DNA from: a virus
IMG/VR virus record: IMGVR_UViG_3300042922_000265
Coordinates: 1-64,000 of that record
Strand: one strand, 5' to 3'
DNA length: 64,000 nucleotides
In this document: piece by piece, positions 38,902-46,892 of the stretch
Layout: every line of letters starts with the position of its first letter
Position numbering within the stretch: position 1 is the stretch's first letter
The notes under the pieces: generated by a model
Told to the model about the DNA's origin: nothing
The model's database searches: none
What the model saw: only the letters and a program-made list of their open reading frames with translations
Program-made: the position numbers and the translations under genes

Positions 38902-39147
38902 CTAGTCCAGTAGAACGGCAGACGCCTCCGGGTCGTTGACCCAGGCGACAGTACCGATGGTGACGCCGTAGTGATGAGCGATGGCGATGACTTCCCTGGC
39001 CAGCGGGGAGTAGTCGGCAGGACGATCACCATCGGGTTCGATGCACTTCTCCTGGGCGAGACGGATGCGTGCCCTGATGGCAGACCTCTGCCCCTTGGAC
39101 AGGTGTTCGACCCGCTGCCGCAGGATATTCGTCCTGGTCATCGTCAT
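38902..39147 (-). CDS. Hypothetical protein
   Basis: Coupled ORF. Confidence 0.5.
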   Translation of the reverse strand: MTMTRTNILRQRVEHLSKGQRSAIRARIRLAQEKCIEPDGDRPADYSPLAREVIAIAHHYGVTIGTVAWVNDPEASAVLLD

Positions 39148-39380
39148 GACGACGGACTCTCCAGCTGCTTGAGAACCGCTTCACCGGTCGTGATGAGTCG
39201 CTTGCCGAGACCGATCGCAGTCTGGGCGGACATGGGGATGACACCGATCAGAATGGCGGCATTGACCGCATCGATCGTGGGTTCTCCCGTGGGCTGCTTC
39301 AGCTCGATGTGAATCTCGCTGTCGGTACGGGCGATGACGTCGATCTCGTCCTCATCGTAGACGATGACTTGGTGAGCCAC
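39144..39380 (-). CDS. Hypothetical protein
   Basis: AGGAG RBS. Confidence 0.55.
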   Translation of the reverse strand: MAHQVIVYDEDEIDVIARTDSEIHIELKQPTGEPTIDAVNAAILIGVIPMSAQTAIGLGKRLITTGEAVLKQLESPSS

Positions 39381-39420
39381 AGAACTCCTTTTACAGACTC
39401 TTGGAAGCCTCTACAGGCTA

Positions 39421-39819
39421 TCAGACCTGCTCAGCCATCGTCTGTAGCTCCACCAACTTGACCGCCGTCATCTGTTCCAGCAGTCGTCGCTCCAGGATGG
39501 TCAGACCCAGGTCCATGTCTGCTCCGTGGACCCAGTGCTGCTGCGCGAGCAACAGCATCTGCCCCAACCACTCCATGCTGGCGTAGCCGAAGTGGTTCTC
39601 AGCGTCCAGGAGGGCGTGACGGACAGCGGAGATGCAGCTGTATCGACGCACAGTGCGTTCGGAGTCGTTGCGATCACCACCGACTGTTTCGGTCTGGGCG
39701 TAGAGGTTCTCGGCGATGTCGAACCATCGCAGGAAGAACTCCAGGAACTTCTGGCCGACGTCGTCCTGTTTCAGCTCTAGTTCCTGATCGGTCCACGCCT
39801 GCAGGTCTTTGAATTGCAT
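39421..39819 (-). CDS. Hypothetical protein
   Basis: First gene of the leftward unit. Confidence 0.6.
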   Translation of the reverse strand: MQFKDLQAWTDQELELKQDDVGQKFLEFFLRWFDIAENLYAQTETVGGDRNDSERTVRRYSCISAVRHALLDAENHFGYASMEWLGQMLLLAQQHWVHGADMDLGLTILERRLLEQMTAVKLVELQTMAEQV

Positions 39820-40112
39820 GGTGTGAACATACCCCTCTCATAACCGGCGGCCAGTCTGATAGCTAAACGCCGTACTGACGTCCTGGGATGGTCGCATCGC
39901 GTGTTCACACGGCCCAGGGGATATGTACGGAGGCATTCACTATCCCGCGCATGGTTCTCAGCGGGAGGTGCCTCTGGTATGATGGGGGCATCCCGCGTTG
40001 AACCGCGCCCCTGAGGACTGCAATCCTGTGACGGGGCGCGGTTTCATTTGTACACCCTGGCCAGTGATTTCGCCAACACGGGTTTGGAGACCCTGTAGTA
40101 GACTCCAAGCAA

Positions 40113-41951
40113 ATGCCGCACCACAGAGCCGCCGTTGACCTGGACGAAGAGATCCAGCGCGCGATCAACGCACCGCATCATCCCGACCGCATCGCCCTGG
40201 TGGAAGAGCACCCTGATTTCCCTGGCTGCCTGCACTTTGACGTCGGTGACGATGACAACCGCCAGGAGTTCTTCAAGTCCTACAGCAAGTTCGTCAGCCG
40301 TCACCTGGTGCTCAATGAGCTGTACCAGCTCGACGACTTCATCGCCAAGATCACCGAGGACGGCTGGTGGCCGATCTTCGCTCCCAACACCAGGCTGATC
40401 TTGGAGAAGCACGGCCAGTGGATGTGCCCGGTCAAGGTCGACGGGTACCAGCTGCTGGACTACCAGAGCTTCGGGATCAACCGGGCTCTGGAGAGGGCGA
40501 TCAAGGCCACCGGGACCAACTCGGACCGGTTCTTCTTCTGGAATTGGTCCGCCGGTGCCGGGAAGAGCTTCTGCAGTGGTGCCGGGATCAAGGTGCTGTT
40601 CGAGCTGAACGAGATCGACCTGGCCATCTGTGCGACCACCAGCGATCTGAAGATCAACCTGTTCCGGTTCCTGCAGACCAGCGGCCTGGACGTGGTGCTC
40701 ACCGACGGGGACAAGGACAAGCGCCGACGTCTCTACGGTGGGGGCCACCAGGTGCTGGTGATGAATTTCGAGAAGTTCCATTTCGACCTCGCCGAACTGA
40801 GCGAGATCACCGCAGGCCGCCGGGTGTTGTTCATCCTGGACGAGGCCCAGAAGCTGATCAACCAGGGCAGCCAGAACCGCTCACGGGTGGGCCTGCACGG
40901 CCTGGTGCGGCACTGTCAGGCCACCGTGTGGCCCATGACGGCCACCGCTGTGGGTGCTAGCCCGCTGCGCTACCGCGACGTCTTCTCTCTGGACGGCCAC
41001 CCCCGCAACAACGTGCTGGGCTCCAAGAAGGAGTTCGAGGCGTACTACGCCAAGAAGGTCAAGTCGCGACTGGTCAAGTCGCGCAGCGGCGGGGTGTTCC
41101 CGCTCGTCGAACACACCTGGGACCACGCTCGGCTCCAGGAGATCCGCCACCGGGTGGCAGACAGAACCATGGCCATGCGCCGACCCTCCAACATGCCCAC
41201 CATCCCGGTGATGATCGCGGCCAGCGACGGCCAGCGAGAGGCGTTCGAGGTCATCACCGACAAGGCGCGCGAGGCCGCCGAGAAGGAGTTCGACGTCGGC
41301 CCCTACTACCGGCTGCTGCGGATGGTCGCGGTGACACCGGGTGCCCTGCGGGTGACCGAGGACAAGATCGCCGCCGAGATCAACGCGGAGTTCCCGCACC
41401 TGGCCGCAGCACCGGCACCCAAGCTGGCCCACCTCTACGAGATGCTGGATGAGTTCCGGGACCAGGGCGACCAAGCGGTGTGTTTCGTGCACTGGACCAC
41501 CGGCGGCTTGCACCTGATGGACCCCCACCTCAAGGGGATCAACTACGTCAAGCACTGGGGGTCGGGCCAGACCCGGCGGCAGTCCCAGAAGGCGATCGAC
41601 GACTTCAAGGCCAATCCCGGCATCACCGGCTTCCTGTCCAGCGACGCCGGGGCGCTGGGCTTGAGCTTCCAGAACGCCCGGTACGTGATCAACATCGACC
41701 CGGTCTATGACTACGACCTGATGACCCAGCGCAACAAGCGCATCGATCGCGCGGACAGCTACCTGGAGGGCCTGACGTCCTATGTGCTGATCACCGAGGA
41801 CTCGGTGGAAGAAAGGGTCTGGCGCGTCTGCAACGCCCGCATGCGGCTGTCTGCGGCCACCCAGGGCACTGTGGAGGAGCTGACCCCGGAGGAACTGAAG
41901 CTGGCCGACATGCCGGAAGCCGAGATGATGAGATGGAGCCTGTTCGGATGA
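40113..41951 (+). CDS. SNF2-like superfamily 2 helicase
   Basis: AGAGKS, ILDEAQ, MTAT, GLSFQNA and QRNKRIDR. Confidence 0.85.
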   Translation: MPHHRAAVDLDEEIQRAINAPHHPDRIALVEEHPDFPGCLHFDVGDDDNRQEFFKSYSKFVSRHLVLNELYQLDDFIAKITEDGWWPIFAPNTRLILEKHGQWMCPVKVDGYQLLDYQSFGINRALERAIKATGTNSDRFFFWNWSAGAGKSFCSGAGIKVLFELNEIDLAICATTSDLKINLFRFLQTSGLDVVLTDGDKDKRRRLYGGGHQVLVMNFEKFHFDLAELSEITAGRRVLFILDEAQKLINQGSQNRSRVGLHGLVRHCQATVWPMTATAVGASPLRYRDVFSLDGHPRNNVLGSKKEFEAYYAKKVKSRLVKSRSGGVFPLVEHTWDHARLQEIRHRVADRTMAMRRPSNMPTIPVMIAASDGQREAFEVITDKAREAAEKEFDVGPYYRLLRMVAVTPGALRVTEDKIAAEINAEFPHLAAAPAPKLAHLYEMLDEFRDQGDQAVCFVHWTTGGLHLMDPHLKGINYVKHWGSGQTRRQSQKAIDDFKANPGITGFLSSDAGALGLSFQNARYVINIDPVYDYDLMTQRNKRIDRADSYLEGLTSYVLITEDSVEERVWRVCNARMRLSAATQGTVEELTPEELKLADMPEAEMMRWSLFG

Positions 41952-42310
41952 CCAACATCGATCGCGTGGCCCAGAACTACGACAATGTGGTGCCGTTCGC
42001 TCGGCGCACCGACCCGGAGACCTCCCACGAGGCTGTTCCGGCGCGCCAGCGCCGCGAAAGCATCCAACTGGAACTGCTGCTGGCCTATGCGCGGGCCTAC
42101 CCCCAGGGCCTCACCGATGAGGAGGCCATGGAGGCCGCAGGTTTCGATCTGATCGACGACGGCCACCGTCGCCGCTGTGGTGACCTCCGCGCCGCCGGGG
42201 AGATCGAGTATCGGGGTGAGAAGCGGGCCACTGGACGCACCGGGAAGAACCGAATGGTCTGCTACGCCACCCACCTCGGTGCCGACCGGCTAGACCGGGT
42301 GTTCGGCTAA
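41948..42310 (+). CDS. Putative winged-helix protein
   Basis: ARRTDPETSHEA, GLTDEE and RRCGDL family motifs. Confidence 0.6.
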   Translation: MTNIDRVAQNYDNVVPFARRTDPETSHEAVPARQRRESIQLELLLAYARAYPQGLTDEEAMEAAGFDLIDDGHRRRCGDLRAAGEIEYRGEKRATGRTGKNRMVCYATHLGADRLDRVFG

Positions 42311-42573
42311 GCCGCCATCGCCTTGACCATCACCGACGGCAGGATGGTGACGGTACGCCAGCCGCCATCTTCCAGGTCGGCGGCCATCCACTGCAGCAGG
42401 CCGCTGCCCCGCGTGGAGCGCAGCTTGTGGTCAATACCAGCGACTGGGGTGCCCAGGAAGGGGTCCAGCAGAACCATACCCTCCTTGATTTGATCGGCGC
42501 GGACCTCGACAAATTCCGGGGTGCTCAACGCGTCAATGTTGGCGAAGGAGTCGAGGATGGCTGCTTTGCTCAT
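42307..42573 (-). CDS. Hypothetical protein, leaderless
   Basis: TTGTGT-17 nt-TAGAAT, then 6 nt to the ATG. Confidence 0.6.
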   Translation of the reverse strand: MSKAAILDSFANIDALSTPEFVEVRADQIKEGMVLLDPFLGTPVAGIDHKLRSTRGSGLLQWMAADLEDGGWRTVTILPSVMVKAMAA

Positions 42574-42634
42574 GATTCTATTCTATCATGCTAGAACGAG
42601 CAACACAAGGATGGAGGTGCCGTAGGCTGGGGCC

Positions 42635-43555
42635 ATGAAGCTTCATATCGGTCAGTCTGACCTGGTCTCACTCAAGCCTGCCGACCGCGCTGTGGTCCTC
42701 GGACAGATCAAGGACTTTGGGTTCGACAAGGTCCGTTTCGAGGTGCCCTTCCATGCCTGGACCTGGCCGGGGAGCAAGTACAACTGGACGCCGGTGCGCA
42801 AGACGGCGGAAGACCTGTATTCGGCGGGTCTGGAGGCGTTGCCTGTCCTGGGTGCTCATCGACCGCTGTTCTGGAAGCCGACCGCGAAGCAGTACGGTGC
42901 CTGGTGCGCCACCGCCGTCTCGGCAGTCCGTGCGTCCCTGCCGGATCTCACCGAGGTGGAGGTGTGGAACGAGCCGAACCTGATCAACTTCTGGTCCAAG
43001 GCCGATCCCACCACCTTCTACCCGTACGCCCAGGCCGCCTACGAGTCGATCAAGGCCCTGTGGCCCAACCTCACCGTGGTGCTGGCCGGTATGGCCGCCG
43101 CCGCGACCGGACCGCAGTGGCCCTTCATCGGTGGCCCCAAGGACCCGGTGAGCTTCGTTCTGGCCCTCCAGAAGGCCGCTGGGGGCAAGAAGTTCTACGA
43201 CCGGCTGGCCTACCACCCCTACAACCTCAACGAGGGCTTCCAGCTGGCCAAGCCCGACCCGGATCTGTTCGGCATCAAGGCCCTGAGCCGCATGCAGGCG
43301 CTGACGCCAGGCAACGAGGTCCTGGTGACCGAGATCGGCTACCAGACCACCGGCAAGCTCGGGGACTACCACGACCTGGAGAAGAGCCTGCACCTGATCG
43401 GTGAGCGCGACGAGGTCTACCTGTACTGCTGGCGCGACGCCGACCGGGAGAAGTTCGGGCTGGTGGACGGCAACAACACGCCCAAGCGGCCCTACTACGA
43501 CCTGGTGAAACAGCTGGTGGGGCGTCCGGGTCTCGATCCCGGTATTCAAGCTTAA
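42635..43555 (+). CDS. Clan GH-A glycoside hydrolase (GH5/GH39-like)
   Basis: EVWNEPN acid/base, YHPY and VTEIG nucleophile. Confidence 0.85.
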   Translation: MKLHIGQSDLVSLKPADRAVVLGQIKDFGFDKVRFEVPFHAWTWPGSKYNWTPVRKTAEDLYSAGLEALPVLGAHRPLFWKPTAKQYGAWCATAVSAVRASLPDLTEVEVWNEPNLINFWSKADPTTFYPYAQAAYESIKALWPNLTVVLAGMAAAATGPQWPFIGGPKDPVSFVLALQKAAGGKKFYDRLAYHPYNLNEGFQLAKPDPDLFGIKALSRMQALTPGNEVLVTEIGYQTTGKLGDYHDLEKSLHLIGERDEVYLYCWRDADREKFGLVDGNNTPKRPYYDLVKQLVGRPGLDPGIQA

Positions 43556-43590
43556 AAGGCAAGAGTGATAGCCGCGTTCACCAACGCCCC
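43515..43590 (-). tRNA. tRNA-Lys(UUU) with encoded CCA and an atypical T loop
   Basis: GGGGCGU/ACGCCCC-ACCA; anticodon loop CUUUUAA. Confidence 0.75.
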
Positions 43591-43641
43591 ATGACGGGAG
43601 CGGGGACTATTTATAGCGGCGCATGGTCTCAGGATAACAGA

Positions 43642-44148
43642 TTACTCCGCAGCGCTGACGTTGATCGTTACATCACCGTCAGGGTATCTAGCAATGATTT
43701 CTTTAGCCCAGGCCAGCGCGTCGGCAGCCCGAATGCCTGCGGGCTGTGGCTTGACCCACAGCTCCAGGTTCTCGATCCGGTTGTCGTCCTTGACGCCATA
43801 CCGGTGGTGGACGTTCTCGTCGGGCAGCAGGTGCCTGCCCAGGTGGTCCTCCATCACCAGGATGTGCTCGAACACGTACTTGCAGCTGGGGGTGGCGCGA
43901 GGGTGGTTGGGTGCCCACACCATCACGTACCCCTTCTTGTGACGGGTCTTACCGCCCTTCCAGTTGCCGTTGTTGGTGCCGGTGAACTTCGCACATGACG
44001 TGCACGCGGCAGAAGCCTTTCGCTTGCGCTCACCGCAGGCGCAGAGGTCGTAACGCTCCGGTGCGTTGGACCTGCAGCGAGGACACTTCTTGTGTGCGCT
44101 GGAGGGCTTGAACTCTTGATCACACTGGACGCAAATACGACTCACCAC
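43642..44148 (-). CDS. HNH endonuclease
   Basis: EHILVME..LGR.L...ENVHH..GVKDDNRIENL. Confidence 0.9.
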   Translation of the reverse strand: MVSRICVQCDQEFKPSSAHKKCPRCRSNAPERYDLCACGERKRKASAACTSCAKFTGTNNGNWKGGKTRHKKGYVMVWAPNHPRATPSCKYVFEHILVMEDHLGRHLLPDENVHHRYGVKDDNRIENLELWVKPQPAGIRAADALAWAKEIIARYPDGDVTINVSAAE

Positions 44149-44184
44149 GGCTCCGATGTTACCGGTGGAGCCGTGGTGAGTCTA

Positions 44185-44617
44185 TGGTGGAGCTGCCGAC
44201 ATCCGAGAGTCGGGTCCTAGCGTCTATCCTTCTGCGTTCTACGGGCGTAGTCCTGTTCACCGTTTTGCCTCCGGTAGGCCAGACTGCCCAGAGGGTTCGT
44301 TGTCTTCGGTACTTCGACCTTGCGGTCGTTGATCGCCCCTCCGACGTCGCGGGTATCTAATCCGCTAGGCGAGTTCGCTGCCACTATCTTTGAAACCCCC
44401 GGCGCTGCGTGGCAGCAGGCTAACCGGGTGGCTGGTTACTGGTTAGACCAGCACCGAGTCGTTGGCGAATGCCTCGATCTCGGCGAAGTCGGCCTCAGTG
44501 ACCGTGGCGTCCTCATGGGTGCCGTTTATAGTTTGGCGCGTTCACTCAAAGTAGAAGTGCGCCCAACACTTGCCCGCTGTTCAGTTTTCAATCGGCCAGT
44601 CGAAGCCTGTCAGCCCC
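44185..44617 (-). ncRNA. ssrA: tmRNA; tag (A)GTHEDATVTEADFAEIEAFANDSVLV* at 44443-44523
   Basis: 5' GGGGCUGACAGGCUUCGAC, 3' CAGCUCCACCA, G3-U, and UAAAC before the resume codon. Confidence 0.92.
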
Positions 44618-44721
44618 TCGTGGTGACCGTTGTGGAGGCCCCAGGTGGTCATTCCTGGTGGTATATCGCCTGGACCCTCGCGGGCCACCTCCGAATTACT
44701 CAATCAGTGTAGCACATAGAA

Positions 44722-44874
44722 CTACAGGGCGTCGAGACGGTAGAACTCCTCGACCTCATCCTGGTGGATGGCCTGCTCCATGGCGATCTCGGTCTGTGTC
44801 TCACGCTTGTCTGCAGCGCGGTCCCTACGGTCATCACCACAGCATCCACAACCGGGTCGTCTGGTGCGTAGCAT
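44722..44874 (-). CDS. Small hypothetical protein
   Basis: 50-aa ORF between tRNA-Arg and the tmRNA. Confidence 0.4.
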   Translation of the reverse strand: MLRTRRPGCGCCGDDRRDRAADKRETQTEIAMEQAIHQDEVEEFYRLDAL

Positions 44875-44884
44875 TCTGCTCACG

Positions 44885-44957
44885 TACCCCCGGAGAGGAT
44901 CGAACTCCCGGCACCCGAGGTAGAAACTCGGTGCTCTGTCCACTGAGCTACGGAGGC
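44885..44957 (-). tRNA. tRNA-Arg(UCU)
   Basis: Anticodon loop UUUCUAC. Confidence 0.88.
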
Positions 44958-44961
44958 TTAG

Positions 44962-45033
44962 ATGGGGTAGCTGGACTCGAACCAACACTGCCCGGTGCCA
45001 AAAACCGGTGGGCTGCCATTACCCCATACCCCA
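44962..45033 (-). tRNA. tRNA-Gln(UUG)
   Basis: Anticodon loop UUUUGGC. Confidence 0.88.
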
Positions 45034-45069
45034 AGGCGAGATGCTCCACAGTGTAGTACCAGATCGTTG

Positions 45070-45142
45070 CACCGCTGGGAGGAATCGAACCCCCGACTCT
45101 GCGCTTAGGACGCGCCAGCTCTATCCACTGAGCTACAGCGGT
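45070..45142 (-). tRNA. tRNA-Arg(CCU)
   Basis: Anticodon loop GUCCUAA. Confidence 0.85.
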
Positions 45143-45145
45143 AGG

Positions 45146-45217
45146 TGCAGCCTCCCCGAATCCAACGGAGGTCTCCCAGGTGTTTCACTGGGCGCTCTGG
45201 CACTGAGCTATAGCCGC
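45146..45217 (-). ncRNA. Atypical tRNA-like RNA (swapped D/T elbow, 8-nt anticodon loop)
   Basis: D loop AGUGCCA, T loop UUGGAUU, anticodon loop UGAAACAC. Confidence 0.65.
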
Positions 45218-45222
45218 ATGAT

Positions 45223-45293
45223 GCAGTGCGCACAACCCGTGACGCCGCACCCCCATGAGTGGAGGTGACCAGACTCGAACTGGCCCCCGCTGC
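45223..45293 (-). ncRNA. Circularly permuted tRNA mimic without a Ro stem
   Basis: GCAG, T arm, acceptor hairpin CACCUCCA/UGGGGGUG, D-like arm, CUGC. Confidence 0.6.
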
Positions 45294-45295
45294 TG

Positions 45296-45364
45296 TGCCC
45301 TCGGCAGGAGTTGAACCTGCCAGCTCGCCTTCGGAGGGCGTGCGCCAGATCCGCTGGCGAAGGC
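45296..45364 (-). tRNA. tRNA-Arg(CCG) with a short D arm
   Basis: Anticodon loop CUCCGAA. Confidence 0.7.
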
Positions 45365-45428
45365 ATAGGGCTGATGTCGGTATTGCCCGCCGACACGGTA
45401 CAGATCGGCCTGTCAGCCCAAGCCAGGG

Positions 45429-45500
45429 TGTCCCTACGAGGTATCGAACCTCGGACCTCCTCCATGTCATAGAGGCGCTCTACCACTGAGCTACAAGGAC
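45429..45500 (-). tRNA. tRNA-Val(GAC)
   Basis: Anticodon loop AUGACAU. Confidence 0.88.
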
Positions 45501-45503
45501 ATG

Positions 45504-45611
45504 AACACACGGGCATGGGAACGAGGCCGGAGAGGAGGGCTCGAACCTCCATGATTCCTGGTGAGGGAATTTTTAACCAAGTTAACCGACTACTCAATCG
45601 GCCCGTGCGTT
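45504..45611 (-). ncRNA. Y-RNA-like element Y3
   Basis: GGGCCGA...GUCGGUU / AUGCCC; anticodon-like arm followed by a T arm. Confidence 0.75.
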
Positions 45612-45613
45612 TG

Positions 45614-45687
45614 TATCCCGAGCAGGACTCGAACCTGCGGCTTCCACGTTCGTAGCGTGGCACTCTATCCATCTGAGCTACCGGGAC
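45614..45687 (-). tRNA. tRNA-Arg(ACG)
   Basis: Anticodon loop CUACGAA. Confidence 0.9.
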
Positions 45688-45693
45688 ATAGGA

Positions 45694-45828
45694 GAATGGG
45701 CATTTAGCCGTTACCGGCAAGGGACTGGACTCGAACCAGCGACCTCCACCTTAAAGGGTGGCGCTCTACCAACTGAGCTACCCCGCAGAAGGTTGGTTGC
45801 GGGAGAACCGATAACTATCGGCCCATTC
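45694..45828 (-). ncRNA. Y-RNA-like element Y4 carrying a whole permuted tRNA
   Basis: GAAUGGGCCGA...UCGGUU / AUGCCCAUUC; acceptor hairpin, then D, anticodon and T arms. Confidence 0.8.
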
Positions 45829-45832
45829 AACG

Positions 45833-45906
45833 TAGCCGTCCAGGGAGTCGAACCCCGTATCTCCGCCATATCAGGGCGGCGCGTTTACCACTTACGCCAC
45901 ACGGCC
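45833..45906 (-). tRNA. tRNA-Ile(GAU)
   Basis: Anticodon loop CUGAUAU. Confidence 0.88.
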
Positions 45907-45914
45907 ATAGATGC

Positions 45915-46090
45915 GTGATAGGGAGCTTCTCAGGGCTCCGAGCCATTGGACACCAGTGCGCCGACCGTCGAGTCATTGGACGCCTGGGCCTGACAGCGGG
46001 TTACGAGACTATCGGTTCCATCCACCAGCGCTGACTGGCTTCACCCCACATTGACGCCCGGTCGGGAACGCCACACTCTGTCACTATCAC
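45915..46090 (-). ncRNA. Unassigned structured RNA
   Basis: Closed by GUGAUAG/CUAUCAC; internal 16-nt near-repeat. Confidence 0.4.
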
Positions 46091-46118
46091 AGGAGGCTGT
46101 ACGGGCCTCCCGTTCGCG

Positions 46119-46191
46119 TACCCATGGATGGTCTCGAACCATCTGCCTCGCCGTTATGAGCAGCGCGCTCTGCCAGATGAGCTACACGGGC
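46119..46191 (-). tRNA. tRNA with CAU anticodon (elongator Met or Ile2)
   Basis: Anticodon loop CUCAUAA. Confidence 0.85.
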
Positions 46192-46197
46192 TTGACC

Positions 46198-46317
46198 TGA
46201 GAATGCGAGCACCAGCCACACCACATCCTGCCCTACCGGCGTCCCGGTGGGGTGTCGCTGCAAGGTTTGCGACCCCTGCGTTGACGCGGAAGTCGGGAAT
46301 CGAACCCGAACCTCTCA
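46198..46317 (-). ncRNA. Permuted tRNA mimic with an insertion, without a Ro stem
   Basis: UGAGA, T arm UCGGG UUCGAUU CCCGA, acceptor hairpin, D-like arm, extra hairpin, UCUCA. Confidence 0.55.
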
Positions 46318-46320
46318 TTG

Positions 46321-46395
46321 CGACTCTGATGGGATTTGAACCCACGGCCTCCACCGTGACAGGGTGGCGATCACTCCAGACTGATCTACAGAGCC
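46321..46395 (-). tRNA. tRNA-Asp(GUC)
   Basis: Anticodon loop CUGUCAC. Confidence 0.9.
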
Positions 46396-46435
46396 ATAGC
46401 TTGGAGGGACCAGGACACGTTCTCCTGGACCTTTG

Positions 46436-46508
<73 letters not shown>

Positions 46509-46581
46509 ATTGTCCTGTTTCGCTGGACCAGCGACAGGGTTGCCACATCCTGCTATATGCCGGGAGACCCGGACGGCGACG

Positions 46582-46653
46582 AGCTGAATCGGAGGATTGA
46601 ACTCCGGGCCTTTCCCATACCAAGGGAACGCTCTACCACTGAGCTAATCCAGC
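46582..46653 (-). tRNA. tRNA-Thr(GGU)
   Basis: Anticodon loop UUGGUAU. Confidence 0.88.
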
Positions 46654-46712
46654 ATTAGTGCAGCAACCCCGAGGGGCTCCTGGTCCACCCAGGTTCACCG
46701 GGTGTAGCTGCG

Positions 46713-46784
46713 AGCCTCAGGCCAGGATCGAACTGGCGTCTTCGCTTTACAAGAGCGGTGTCCGTACCACTGGACCACAGAGGC
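46713..46784 (-). tRNA. tRNA-Thr(UGU)
   Basis: Anticodon loop CUUGUAA. Confidence 0.88.
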
Positions 46785-46819
46785 ATACACCCTTGCTGCC
46801 GTCAGGCCCTGGGGGATTG

Positions 46820-46892
46820 AGCTGGAGGCGAGAATCGAACTCGCTTCTGCGCGTTACGAGGGCGCTGCGTTGACCATTCACGCTTCACCAGC
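46820..46892 (-). tRNA. tRNA-Thr(CGU)
   Basis: Anticodon loop CUCGUAA. Confidence 0.85.

Noticed and set aside
45715-45787. Ochre suppressor tRNA (UUA) inside Y4
   Set aside because: The loop is 6 nt (CUUUAA), the better acceptor pairing is the permuted hairpin, and the phage uses TAA stops normally, so there is no sign of recoding
46509-46581. Hammerhead or HDV-like (theta) ribozyme in a tRNA spacer
   Set aside because: It has a GAAA but no CUGANGA core, and no convincing nested double pseudoknot could be built by eye
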